Below the pieces are notes generated by a model. It ran no database searches. It was not told the origin of the DNA and worked only from the letters and a program-made list of their open reading frames with translations. Shown here piece after piece: positions 27,640-41,138 of a DNA stretch of 64,000 nucleotides. The stretch's first letter is position 1. Every line of letters starts with the position of its first letter. This DNA is from Lama guanicoe (lineage: Eukaryota): positions 682,001-746,000 of the forward strand of contig MU053652.1 of assembly GCA_013239625.1 (NCBI GenBank), in the 5' to 3' direction. The translations under genes and the position numbers were made by a program.

Positions 27640-28978
27640 CTCACTCTCCTTACAACACTTTCTTCACTTGGTTTCCTGGAAACCACTTCTCTGGGCCCTG
27701 TGCTTCCTTACAGTCTCCTCCTTGAACATCAGTATCTACCTAACCTCTCTGCATTATAGGTCCTGATCCTAGACGTTTTTTCTTTTCTACCCACGCTCCC
27801 TCCCAAGTAGATTTTATCCAGTCACGTTGATGACTTTCAAATATGTATCTACTGTCGTCCATGCTGACTAATACAGTAGCCTGAGCTATACGAGGCCACT
27901 CAAATTTTAATTAATTTCATTAAAATTAAGTAAAATAAGAAAGAAATCAGTTACTCAGTTGCACTAGCCAAATTTTAACTGCTCAGTAGGCACACATGGC
28001 TAATGGCTACCATATTGGAGAATGAAGTTATAGGACATTTCTATCATAGCAAAAAGTTCTCTTGGACAATGCTGGTCTAGCTCGCACGTGTAAACTTTAG
28101 AGTCATATGTTCAAGTAACTACTCAACATACACACCTGGCTAACAGACATCTCAGATTTAGCATCTCTAAAACTGAACTCAGGACCAATGAGCTCTTCGC
28201 AGTGTCTTCATGCTCTTTGGAGAGCACATTTTCATTCTTCTTGTTGCTTAGGCCAAAAACCATTGAGATATACTGCACTCCTCTTTTTATCATACCCATA
28301 TTCAATTGATTGGCAAATCTTCATAATACTTCCAGAATATAACCACCTCTCAACTCCATTGCTGCCAACCTAGTTCAAGTCAACAATGCTCACCCGAATT
28401 ATCGCAATAGCTTTCTACTCTCTGTTGTTACTTCTGCCCCTGCATAGTCTTCATATGGTGGCCAAAAAAATACATTAGAAAAGTTAAACCGAATTCTGAC
28501 ATTCCTCTACTCAAAGCTCTCTGATAGCTTTCCACCTCACTCAAGAGAAAATCCAAAGTCCTGACCACATCCATAAGGCCTGAACTAACCTTGTCCCCAG
28601 CATCTCTCTCAGACTTCATCTTTGACACAGTCCCTTCCTTGCTTACTTACCTTCAGCTCTTCTGATCTCAGAGCTTTGGGGCTTACTCTTTCCTCTGCCT
28701 AAAATGTTCCTCTCCCAGATATCTCATGGTTTGTTCCTGGATTTCATTCAAGTCTCTGCTTGGACACATTCTCTGCACAATCGGGGGAAAACAGCATGCT
28801 ATTCTACTCTTTGCCCTGCTTTGTCTTCCTTCGTAACACTTACCACACTGAGGTATCTCATACTGGTTTATGGTCTGACTTCTCCCATTAAAATATAAAT
28901 TCCATGACAGCAGGGACTTTATTTTTTCCATTGCTTGACACATAATAGGAGTAAATAAATATTTGTTTAACATTAACA
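27640..28978 (+). mobile_element. L2a LINE 3' portion, interrupted by MER3
   Basis: cactttcttcacttggtttcctgg...ggctaacagacatctcagatttagcatctctaaaactgaactc...aaatccaaagtcct...ccataaggcc...aattccatgacagcagggact...cacataataggagtaaataaatatttgtt. Confidence 0.88.
27859..28075 (-). mobile_element. MER3 hAT-Charlie MITE
   Basis: cagttgcactagcca...tgctcagtaggcacacatggctaatggctaccatattgga...acatttctatcatagcaaaaagttctcttggacaatgctg is the reverse complement of MER3. Confidence 0.85.
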
Positions 28979-29444
28979 AAAAATCAGATCATTGTGATAA
29001 ATGTCCTAACAGAGCAATGTATAGAAAAACATTCTCTAGATCCACCAACTCAGTCCACCGATTGGGATGACCTCCATCAGGCAAATAGAATCCACAAATA
29101 CAGAGATCCAGGTGGAAACAAACATTTAAGAGCGCGTCCCACCAATAACAAGGTACTTGTGAGGAAGAAGAGAGAATTCAGGAACCAAGAAAGGGAAGCA
29201 GGAAATTCCAGGGGCTCCTGTTCCTGGCAGAGCCAACGCCGGATGGCAGGTTGGGTGGTTCAACAAATACCCTCCAGTCAGACTGTGCTGCTGTTTCAGT
29301 CTGCTTGTTAGCAAAAGGCCAAGCACACAGTTGGAAATGGAATCAAACTAAAACCGAACATTCGCTGGGACTAGTAAACACATGGACCTGTCCTATGTAT
29401 CATTTTAAGTTGCCACTTTGAATAACACTGCCAGCTAGTTATCA

Positions 29445-29555
29445 TTTGCCTCATTTCACAGGTGAGGAAATAAGTTCAGGTGACAAAAGAATTTGCCCGA
29501 AGTCACAGAGCTGGCCAGCTAGAATTTTAACCTAAATGTGACTCCAAAGACTCTG
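29445..29555 (-). mobile_element. MIR fragment
   Basis: cctcatttcacaggtgaggaaa...atttgcccgaagtcacagagct...tgtgactccaaag. Confidence 0.7.
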
Positions 29556-31997
29556 AAAACTGTGATAAGTTAATATGGCTACCGGCGGCAGCATTCCAAG
29601 TTAGCAATGTAGGGACCAACCTTTGAACCAGACACATAAAATCACTAAGAAACGTCCACTCAAACCAGTTATTTCCAGTTTTAACATTCATCACTAAAAC
29701 CAATATCGAATGGTACTATCAAGAGTTGAGATAACTTACCTCCAGAAAGTTACCAAAATTACATCAGAAACTTCAATTTTAAAAATCAAATGAGCTTCCT
29801 AATGGCTCCCCCCCCACTCTCATAGCTACAAAGCCAAATTAGGTTTAAAAAAAAAACAACCCCTCCCAAAACCTATGAAAATAAAGTTTCCATATAAAAA
29901 TACAGTAAGAGAAACAGCAGCCTTCAGAGTCATTTCAGGTGTTGCTTGGAAACGAGAATGTTCTCTCTCAACCTTCAAGAAGCTTGAGTGAATCAAGGTA
30001 CTCACTCTCACGGCATTCTTCTCAGGGGCCTCTGAAGAATTTTATTGTGTATGTCAGTGCCTCTGTCCTCCCCTCTTTTCAACCAGCCTTTTACTCTAAA
30101 CATACACAATTACATTTTACTGGAAACTTCTATCTTTTAAAACATAAATATTGAGATGATTCAGGGTAAAGGGACATACTTTCTTGTGTGTTAAAGATAG
30201 TCAGCCCATTTCATGAATATGGTTCTGCATTCCATGTGGTGTTTGAATGTTTGCTGCCTACAATCCAATCGTCACTATATCACAAATTCTGATTCACCAG
30301 AAACACACTGAGACTCTCCCTCCAACCCTCTGCCTCCACATGCCCACAGGTGCCCCAGCTTACCCTCAAAGTCAGAACTGTTATTCTCTCTACACGTCCT
30401 TAACCTCTCTCCCCATCAACAATGGCTTCCCCAGCACTGTGATGTGGGAATCCAGCCCTGTACTCAGGCAGCCTCGTTACTGACTCACCCCAGCTGGGTT
30501 GCCAAAGAAGCTCCTCTTCCCTACTTGCTGCTACAAACATTCCCACTGCACCTCCTTGCACCACTGCAGACTCTGTAACCACCAGAGTTTGCTCCTCATC
30601 TCTTCCCTCCAGTCATGGCCTCCTTGAGGACGGGGGGAATCTATTCTGATGCATGGTAGTGCCAATGGGAAAGAGAAAGAGGAATGCCCTCTTACCACAA
30701 GAAAGGGGGTTCACCCAACATGCCTTAATAACTAACAAGGGCAAGCAGATGGAACAGAGTACAAAGAGAGAGACAAAAATGGAGAACAATTCCTTCATGC
30801 CACTCAAGAAGGGGCCACATAGTCCCTCCCCTGCCCAGACCCCCATTACCACTTCACCTTCCCTGCCTCATCCCAAAACTGCCCTCCAATCCAGGCTGCT
30901 TCCTACTCCTCACACCAATGGCCCCTGGAGACGCTGCCCCTCACCACCTAGCTCTCAAGGAAGAACGCTCCACTCCAGGCCTTGGTACCCACAAGGGGGG
31001 CACGTTGGGGATGGTGTCCTTCATCTCTAAAGTAAGAAGTCTGGCCTGGCTCATCTCTAAGGTTCTCCCATTTACCACAGTCCAAATGACATATGGCCTT
31101 CTGACTCTGCTGACAGGTTTCAGTAAGAAGAGATGTGCTCCCAGAATCCCAAGCCAAACTCAAAATCCATTCCCAGGACACATGCTCATATTTCAGTTAA
31201 ATCTGACAAAGCTACCATAAGACTAGAGATATATTATGGATAAAAACTGTTTTGTGAAGGTTTGCACCAAATAAGATGATTTCTATGAGAAAAATGCATT
31301 CTGAGTTATAAACATTAACAAATGAACTAGATGTATGGACGATAATCTATATACAAGTATGAAATTATAGTGTAATGATGCTACTGGGTACCCTGTTATA
31401 GAAGAACTTCAGGAAACAGGCAATTTGGCAAAAAATCATGAACATGACTCCTTAAGATGCCCACAGACTGTATCATACAATGTACGTATTCTTATTTGAC
31501 TTATGTGCATTTCTGGAACACATTTATGATTAAAGCAAGGCCTTCTGATAACTTATTTTCCACTCATATTTACTGGTTTTTATTCTCCAGCCTCTATTTA
31601 TTGCACTTCCTCTGACATAAAAAACCATTCAGAATTAACCTACACAGGGCCTCGGTAGTGCATCAGATTTTAACTGTGACTCACTGCAGTATTCACTTGT
31701 GGAGTATGGAGGAGGGAAACTCAGCAGAGCCTGAAACACAACATGGCTATTTAGGTAAAACATCCTAAACATCATGTTGAAATAGGTGGCAGACGAGAAA
31801 ATCATCAAGTAAAATCCGAACAGCTGTCTCATTTAGATATTTTGTGGGAAAACATCAAAACAAGCATTTGATAGTAAAGGCTATTTTTAGCCTGTTTGAG
31901 TGTAAAGTCTATTTACGCAGGAGTTTGTACCACATGCACTGGGTGTTGGAGTTCCAAGTATCTAGGGTAGAAGATGTCTTACCCGGTATCATCTAGG

Positions 31998-32135
31998 GCA
32001 CAGTGTGGTAGAATGGAAGAGTCAGGAGACGGGTTTTCTCAGGCTCTGCTTGTAACTAGCTCTGTTACGCTAGATAAGTCACAAAGCCTTTCTCTACTAG
32101 CTTCAGTTTAGAGGGTCTAGACTAGGTGACTGCTT
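31998..32135 (+). mobile_element. MIR/MIR3 fragment
   Basis: cagtgtggtagaatggaagagtcaggagac...ggctctgct...actagctctgt...aagtcac...cttcagttt. Confidence 0.6.
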
Positions 32136-35100
32136 ATCTTTTAAGATTTCTTTGGCCTCACGCATAAAAATACCTTCTACAGATTGAGCATAAGTGTGAG
32201 CCATGGGGAGGCAGTCTTTGTCTTTTTCATACGCTACTACTCAACTTGGGGGTAAAAACAGCTTTAAAGGGTCACTAGATTAGATTCTCAACAGCTGGAC
32301 AGCCTGCCCATGCTCACTTCTAGTGCTGTCAAGCAAGTAGATGGTGGAAAATGGCCATGTCATCTGTTCTTTCAGATGTGTTCTAAAGAATACAAACTCC
32401 AAAATACACTTCTTGAGTAACACATTTACTGTTTCCATTAGCTCGGAAAATGCTGCATATGCTATCTGCCTCTGGAGACTTACAATGAACCTGCTGTATT
32501 AAAAGGCTCTGAAAAGCTCTTCAATAAAGGGGTCTTCATTTTAAAATCAAGTGAACAAAACTCAATCAATCAATCACTCAAACAAACAAACAAAAAGTAT
32601 ATGACACTGTTATGGTACTAAAAAGGATCTACTCAAATAGAGCTTCTTGGGGACAAGAACTGTGTCTGAATTCACCTTTTTGGGCATGACCCTTAGCAAA
32701 GTTTCTCATGTCTGACAGTGTTCACATTTTTTTTGAAAAACTGGAAAAGCCCAGAACCTGGAAATATGGCTAATGTTTTTTTAATAAGGTCTTGTGTACT
32801 AATGTAAAAAGCAAAATGTACTGAGAAAACGCAAATGGAAAAGAGAAATGTACAACATCATAACAATAGCTTGCCATGAGGACCAAAAAGGTAAAATCAG
32901 GCCAAGAGGTTCTGCAGAATGCTTTCCTCGAGTAGTAAGGGGGAAAGCCAGAACAACATATACTGCACAGGGCTCAGCAAAGTACTCTGCTCCACACGGG
33001 CTCAATAAACATTAGCTGATGGTTCCCAGCAGTGCCCTTAACTTATTTATCTAGCCACTTAGATGCTCAATGCCTCAATTTCCCTGTCTATAAAATAAGC
33101 AAATATTTACTGTAAAACAAAACAGCAATCCACACTCACTCAGCAGTTGGGAGGCTTAATTTATGTTTCAGAAGCATTTGGGAACAGGCAGATGATGGAT
33201 GGGAGTGTCAATCATCATCACCGTCACGAATGCTACTTCGGTGAACAGGTTAGAAAGGCAGCATGCCAACTTGCCTGGCTCCTGTGTTCGCTGTAGTGGG
33301 AAAGATGTCCTTTTCATAAAACCACACACTGCTCAATTTCTTAGAGAAAGATGAGAATTGCTAAGTCAGTAGACCTGGATACAGCTAAGTTCCAATGATC
33401 TCCATGAAAAAAAGATGCCCTTTATTAATCTATGACAAATATTTTTGCCCACACACTATGTATAAATTAGATTCTTTCCTAGGAAGAACTGAAATACAAT
33501 AGTTTAAAAAACTAAAAAGGTACAGATCAAGGCTTCAAACCCAGAGTGGAGACAGGGAAGAAAAAAAATCTTTGATAAGACCCTTAACTGTATACCAAGG
33601 GGTTCCTAATCCATCAGTCTGCAAGTTACTTGAGAACAGGGATTGTGGCAACCACTCTTACATCCCAAGTGACTGGAAGAGTGTCTGGAATACATCAGGC
33701 ACTGAGGAAAGGCTGAATGAAAGAATGGTTGAATACCTATGCCTCAGTGTTGTATCAGGCAATTATCAAAATCTCACCAGCTCCATAAAGTTGTCTGTAA
33801 AATGCTTTAAAGAAAAATTTTAAATGTTACCATCTTCATGAGCTTAAGTCTTAAATGTAGGAGAAGAGAATAAAAAGACAGCATCTATATACACTATAAA
33901 ATCTCCGCCAGCTTAATATATGACATGGCTATCAATCTGTACACCAGTCACCCCAACCCATTCTGAAGAAAAATCATGGCTCCCAACATAATACACTAAA
34001 ACAAATTTATAAATGTTAATAAAAATTTTAAAAGGTCAGGTCACTATTTCCTGTAACGTATGTCAGGGGGAACCTAATACATTTCAGGATCAGGTCATTG
34101 GCAGGACAGCTATGACATTAAAGAATGGAGAAAATGAAATTTTTTCTCTTTTAAAATTAGTTAACCAGCACATCCGTTTGTTTCCCCTTTGGCTGCCTGG
34201 TATGGAGCAAGCACTGTAACAGGGGAAATTTATTGAAACATACCATTAAATCAATATGGCAGAGCGCTCTACTTTATATGGGGCCATAAAAGTCACGCGT
34301 GTGGGAAAGCTGAAGGGAACAAACTGGCACTGAAAATAAGAACAAAAATGGTTTTGAAAAGTAAATGGATTTCTAGAAGTTACAAATTTAGTAGATTAGG
34401 CAGCAAAACTAGGGTCTTGAAATTTGCCTTGTAATCCTTTCTTCTTAGGCTAAAATTGGAGCTGGTCCTCTTTCTCAAGAATCCAGCTTGAAAATAACAA
34501 AAGTAAAGGTTCTGGCTTGATTATCAGAAACTACTTTGGAAGAAGGTAATAAAACTAGATTTATAGAAAAGAGTCATACCAGGGTTTTATTTAGTAACAA
34601 ATGGAGATGCTATTTTTTGGTAGATCATCCATGGAGATTCAGAGGGCAGAGAGGAAATGTGTTGTCAAATAATTCTGCAGTAGAGTAAAATGTGTTCTGA
34701 TTATCTGAGAAGCAAACGCTGAAAATCCAGGATATGTAGTTCATACTGACATCCTGAACAGATTTTGTAAAAAGTCCTAGACCAGACCAGACTATATACG
34801 ATCATGAAGATTATAGATATACATATGTAAAACCTATGGTTTCTAGAGGTGAACATGAAATATTTATATTTATATATCCCAATTACCTAAGTTTACAGAA
34901 TATACTAGAAAGACTGCTCTGGGAAGTCTTAGAATAATTTAGTTCTATAAATAAGAGGAATCTTAGAGATCAACTGGTCTAACATCCACACTGGCATCAT
35001 TAACTTAAATGTCTACCGTAGTTTATAAAGCATATTTATCCATATGCATTTGATCCTCATAAGAATCATGTGCAACAGAAAAAGGTAACTAATTTACCCA

Positions 35101-35414
35101 AGACCACTAAGTTAACCATGTGAAAATCAAACGGGGAGGAGCAGCACACCTAGTTAACAAGCTCCTCACTTAAATTACGAATGGGAAAGAATGACAGGAA
35201 TTGGAATCAATCAGTATGGCTCACTAAGATAAAGGTACAAGTGTCTATAAGCACAAATAGCAAGGAGTGAAAAAACTGAAATTAACAATTTGCAGGACAA
35301 CGCATATGCCACAGAAAAGGAAACGAACTACACCAGGCTGCGACTGAGAATAGAGGGCAGTGTATTTCTATGTAAAACAGCAGAGTCCCCCACCGCTTCC
35401 AACAGCATCTGTAC

Positions 35415-35438
35415 CTTTTACAGTCCGGATGCAGGCGC
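35415..35438 (-). CDS. candidate 24-nt cassette microexon of an unidentified minus-strand gene (phase 2: xRLHPDCK; phase 1: xACIRTVK)
   Basis: Minus strand reads ...tttcatggtgcctctctgtctttcctttccccttccgtag|GCGCCTGCATCCGGACTGTAAAAG|gtacag. Length is a multiple of 3, the polypyrimidine tract is strong, the AG-free zone is ~43 nt, and the surrounding unique sequence retains CpGs. Confidence 0.5.
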
Positions 35439-35983
35439 CTACGGAAGGGGAAAGGAAAGACAGAGAGGCACCATGAAAATCCCCTTGAACTTGGCCTGCA
35501 GGCTGTTTCATCGCCTCTCTGGGTGTGGTTTTGTTCTGTCTCATTACCGTTATCAAAAAGGAGAAGTCCCCACCCCACACGGCCACTGAGCGCACAGAGG
35601 CCCATCTTGTCACGGTCGTCAGTGCTCATCATGATACAGCTTAATGCAGTGGTCTGCTCCCTTCCGTGAACTCTGCATAGATTTATCTTGAGCTAACGCA
35701 GCAGAGGCTAAGGTCTCTCGATTTGTTTGCCTTTGTAGGGTAGCATATTGAAACCACTCTGGGCCAAAGGGACTCTACAGAATTGGAGATGGGAACATAT
35801 GCCTCTCCCATCACACTGGCTCTACCAGGCAATGGCTGTTCACAGGGACAGAGACCTGGGTGCTCAGAGACAGGTAACTGTCATCTTGGGGCTGGAGCTC
35901 AGAAACCAGGAGAAAAATTTTACTCACAGACCCACGTTTACTTACATACCCTGACTCCACAACTCAATTTTAGGCTCTGAAAC

Positions 35984-37240
35984 TTCATTCTTTCACTCAA
36001 TAAACCTTAACAGAGGGCATAACATGCGTCAGGCACCATTCTAGGTGACAGAGAAATAACAATGAACAAAAGAGACAAAAATCCTTGCCCCTATGTAATT
36101 TACATTCATAGTGGGAGGAGATAGGCAATAAGCCAGATTAAAGATAAAGTACACAGACGGTGAAAAGGGAAATGAAGAGCAAAAAGTAGGGCATATTATC
36201 ATTTTAAATAAGACAGTTCGAGAAGGCATCACTGGGATGGTACCATTTGACAAGAGCTCCAAAGGTATGAAGGTAGTGATGCACAGGGACATCGGGTGGA
36301 AGAACTACTGTTCAAAGGCTGAAGGAAAAGTTCAAGGAGACCAGTGGGGCCAGAGGAAGTGATCCACAGAGATGGCTGTAGGAAATGCACTCAGCACCAA
36401 CTGGTAGGGGCACATTACGTGGGGCTTGGTAAGCCATCGTAAAGAATTCTGGGTTCTACTCTGCATGAAATTGCCATTAGAGAGATTTATATGACCTGAC
36501 TTGCATTTTAACAGGATCACTACGACTAAAGGGAGGAGATCAAGAGATCAAGCATGAAACCAGTTAGGTCACGAATCCCAGCAAGAGACGGTGGTGGCAA
36601 AGACCAGGGGAGTACTTTCAATGGTGGTGAGCAGTGGTTAGATGCTGGGTATTTTTTTGAAAAACCAATAGGATATGCTGATGGATTGCTTCTGGGTGTG
36701 AGAAAAAGAGATGACTCCTAGATTTCTGGTCTGAACAACTGGAAGAACAGTGCTGCCATTTATCGAAATGGGGATGACTAAGGGGCAGCAGTTGGTGAAC
36801 AGATGGTGTGAAATACTGGCATCTCAGTTGGGGACATTTTAAATTTGAGATTCCCATACAACACAGACACAGAAATGTCAAGTAAGCTGAAAAACATGTA
36901 AGGCTGGAGTTCACTGGAGAAGTCCACAGGCTGGAGACATAAATTTGGAAGTCAACAGCTTGAAAAGATATTTTAAGCTGTAGGATGAGATGAACTCACA
37001 AGGGAAGTGAGTGTAGATCAAAAAAGAGAAGGTGGCCAAGGACTAAACCCAGGATACTACAGGCTAAGAGGTCAGTGGGTGAGGAAGAAACTCATGAGAT
37101 GCCAATGAGGTGGGAGGAACTAGAAGAGTGTGTGGTCCCGGGAGCCAAGTGAAGAAAGTCTTCAGAAGAGGACGGAGAGATTAGCCACATTAAATACCAC
37201 AGACAGGTTTAGTAACATGTCAAAGTAGCTGGTCACAACA
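35984..37240 (-). mobile_element. L2a LINE
   Basis: ttcattctttcactcaataaac...caggcaccattctaggt...aatgaacaaaagagacaaaaatccttgccc...tgacttgcattttaacaggatcact...tggtctgaacaactggaaga...ggctggagacataaatttggaagtca...agccaagtgaagaaagt. Confidence 0.9.
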
Positions 37241-38084
37241 GTGGTAGCACTTTGTCCTGACCAGCAAAAAAAGTGCAGACCAGGAGAGAATGCAGAGAAA
37301 TGGGAAACTGGGTTCTGTTTGTTCCATGCCACCCCTTTCTCAATTTCTCTATTACCAAAAAAGGGGGGAGGGATTAACAGCCTTACACGTCATATTTTAT
37401 TTATGAGAAATCAGCATGTCTGTGAAATGTTTTGAGGTCTTAGTAAAAGGCAGAGAAAATCTCACTCTAAATAGAGTCCACTAATACATTTAGCACATCA
37501 CCAGTTGCCATCTTGTACCTATTACTTCTCAGTAAGTCTTCTTAAGATAAAAAAAAAAAATTCTCCTGTTCTCAGTAAGGCAGATACCATGTTGCTTTTT
37601 TTCCTCTTTGTTTTATGTGTACTTTTTGATTCATTTAGGAGGAAAGATGGAATGGGACAAAGAAATGAAGGAAATATCATACGGGTTCTCACATGCTAAA
37701 AAAATGTTCAAAACTATTAGTATCCTAGACCAAATACCCGAGGATAATCACTGAGGAAACTAATCCAAAGCTTCAAAAATGAATGGCATATTGAGATATG
37801 ATTAAATGGGCTACTCAAACTGCTCGGGGCAAAGTTCCCAAAGACATGTAATCTCTATATCTAATAACTTCTTTCTCTTCTTTTTGATTTCTCTGCAGCC
37901 GTTTAAAATAACTTTCTCATCCTCTAAACACTCTTGCATGGTTTCCCTAACTGGCTTTCTATGTCCTTTGCTATCTCATCACTTTCATCATCCTCTGAAT
38001 ACGGCATGTTCTAAGATTAAACTGACCACAGCTTTCACCTATATTCAAGGCTTAAAAATCACTTCTATGCAAAATACCACAGGG

Positions 38085-38340
38085 ATTAAGAGCTTGGAGT
38101 TAAGCATCACCAAGATTTCTCTTTGAATCTCACTGTAAAAATTACTAGTTGTGCGACTGACGGCAAACCACAAAAATCTTTTCTGTGCCAGTTTCCTCAT
38201 CTGTCAAATGTGGGTATTAATACTACCTGCTTCAGAGAGTTTTTGTGAGGTTTTTGTGAAGGTTAGATGAGCTGATTTATGAAAGATTCATCATGGAGAC
38301 TGGCACAAATTGAGCAGGCAAAAATCGTTGGCTACTGTTG
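38085..38340 (+). mobile_element. MIR SINE
   Basis: ttaagagcttggagtta...tctgtgccagtttcctcatctgtcaaatgtgggtattaatactacctgcttcagagagtttttgtgagg. Confidence 0.85.
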
Positions 38341-40964
38341 TGACTCTCAAACAAAAATTCCTAGCTCCAGCCTCTTTTCATTTCAAGTCAAATTTCTGTT
38401 GCCTACTGGAATTAGTCATTTGGCTCCCTCAAGCTCTTTGTGAACCAAAGACAAAATAATTAAGGGACATCAGAGATGAGAGAAGATCTACTCTTGTATC
38501 ATTAGTGAGTCAATTATAGTAAATCATTCCATAAACATTAGCCTAGGAGAGTGATGACTAAAATGGTCTTTCAGTAACAGAAACGTAACTTGGAACGGTA
38601 AGAATGTCTAGAAGGTGTTTCACGATCTCTTTGGGCTGTTCCTTCTACAACTATATTACTCTATTTTCTTTGCCTCTGCTCAAATTTCATTCTTACAGTT
38701 TTTATTAATAAAACAGCACATTTATTTACTCAGTCATCCCCACCCTTGTCAAGAATCACTGGTCCAGGAAATGTCACAGGGAACATCAGAACCCCTTGCT
38801 TCTAAGGTATCTTCCTTTTCTAAAAAACTTGTAGATATGAGTATCTTTTAAATAACAAATCATTTCATTTTCAAATACTGTACCCTATCCTGCTAAGAAC
38901 TGTCTTGGAAGAAATACTAACAGAACACTTAGCACCTACACCTGTCCCATTCTCACCTATAAGAACATTCTAAGTATGTTGTCACACAAACTCCTGCTGG
39001 ATAGGGAGCTCACTGCTAATTTTTTTTAGTGGATATTCTGTTATGTGTTGTCAAAACCTCAAGTTACCAATAATCTGCTCTGAAACTTAGCTTCTCACTG
39101 CCATTAAAATTCTCTTATTTCACAAATACATAGCTCCTAACCATTAAGTAGCTAAGAAAACATATCCACAGGGCCAATAAAATAAGTATTTTACCATTTC
39201 TGCGTGAGCTTTGCACTTTCTTTGTAGCTACAATCTTTTACATTTGCCCAGAAGAAGGGGGCCGACCACCACTAGGGCTCAGGTGTTGGAGGTAGTTACT
39301 AAATGTACAGAATTCCTCAATGACTAAACATAGTAGGACAGGTACAGGGTTCATTGTGATTTTGTGTTTCTTTCCCTCCAAAAGCAGCTCTTAAAGTGTT
39401 AACTCCCACTGAGTGCCTCGCTCTTTGAATACACAGGTGCTCCAGGAACACGGAGCAGCAGAGACTTAGAAGGACGTGTATGTGATGGGGGCTGCAGTCC
39501 GTTATCCCTCTCTCTCAAAGATGCTGCTGAATCCGTCTGCTCTTGCAGGGCTCTCACTACCCCTCCTAAACCCCCAGACACCCTGGCTGGACTGAGTGGC
39601 ATGCTGATAAACAAACAAAACTTAGCGCCAAACAAACATGAGTTCAAGTCTAAAATTCACCACATGGTGCTTTGTTCTATGGCCTTGAGCAAATCACTTT
39701 GCATCTTTCTCAGACTCCTGATTTTTAAAATCAAATGACTGTTAGAAGAATTAAGATAAGCCACGTGAAAAGTAGTTGGTACACAGCTGGGGCCTAAGAA
39801 ATGAACAGCAGCAGTTCCCTCCCCAAGCTGTGTGTGGGCGACTTCTGCAGGTGGCGGCACATCTCCATGCACCCCCCTTTCCATCCAGTTCTGCACTCAA
39901 CTTGAATGAGGTATTTATTGTGTTCTTATCCCCACAGACTAAAACTGGCATCAGATCTCCCCATCAAGTAATCAGAAGGAACAAAGTTGAGAGAATAAAA
40001 AAAGAAAGAGGAAAACATTAAATTGCACTCAAAGGTTTGATATTCTCCTGACTGGATGCTTTTAAAATTTACAGAGTTCCACCAGGCCCATTCAGGATGG
40101 AATTTATCTTTTCCATGGCTTACAGAGAGCAACACAAAACAAAAACAACAGGCATTAAAGTGCTACATGCCTGTTATCAAGACGTCTTTCACATAATGTG
40201 GCAGAAACAATATTTTAGAGAGAGAGGGCATCTTTACGACCATTCATTCTCCCTTTCTGTTTATTCTTTTTTTAAAAAATTATTGCAGTAAACATGGACG
40301 CACAGCTGTCTATCTCTGCCTCCACATTTCCCTCCGCTCTAGCTCACAGGCAGTAGTTTTCCCATATTCACCTATGCTTGGAAAACACTCTGTAAAGAAA
40401 TGACTGGAAACAAATTAGCCATTCTGCAGTTTATTGATTAAGCCACACTAAATCAGGGTCACACTGGGTGTGCTTTGGGGGAAGGGAAGCAATCAATTCA
40501 AGGCTGCAAAAAAAAAATTAATGAAAACATGCGCAGAAGTTTCAGTCCTCTTTCGCTTCACTATTAACATTCAGGCTGTGAGTCCTGAACATACTGCCCA
40601 AGGGCAGTAACAAACCCTACGACTGGAAAAGGAAGAGCACATTACTAACTGCATTTTACTGAAGGTTGGTAGCAGACAGGTGTTAGCTGCTTGAGTTTTC
40701 GAGAAATGGGTGTTAGTAAAAGAGGACGTATCCAGAGGCAGTTGAGTCGTATCTTACTTATTTCTGAAGAAATCCGTGTAAAAGAAGGCTGCTAAACAAG
40801 TAAACCGCCATTTCTCCATCTCAAGTAAGGCAAGACAGTTTCTTCAGAAACGAAGTTGAAGAAAGTTCATACGATAAAAAGAACAGGAAGGTGATCGCTA
40901 CCTTTCCTTAATGTAGCTCTAAATGGGAAGTCAGTGAGACCATGTGATCCCAATAGGTTAGGGG

Positions 40965-41138
40965 CCTATTAGGTGGGAACCACCCACTTAGAGCTGTTTA
41001 GCACGTGGATCCCCCACACCACACCCAGAGTTCTGATTTAGCAGGTCCAAGTAAGGACCAGGAATCCACCTTTTCAATAAACTCCCCTGCTGGTACTGAG
41101 TCAGGTGGTTCTTGGCAGACCCTTTGACAAACACTGCA
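40965..41138. mobile_element. MER5B-like MITE
   Basis: ccacacccagagttctgatttagcaggtc...ccaggaatccaccttttcaataaactccc...caggtggtt...ccctttgacaaacactg. Confidence 0.65.

Noticed and set aside
35560..35640. C/D-box snoRNA (ATGATGA on the minus strand)
   Set aside because: The only nearby CTGA is a few nt from box C; there is no D box at 60-100 nt and no terminal stem.
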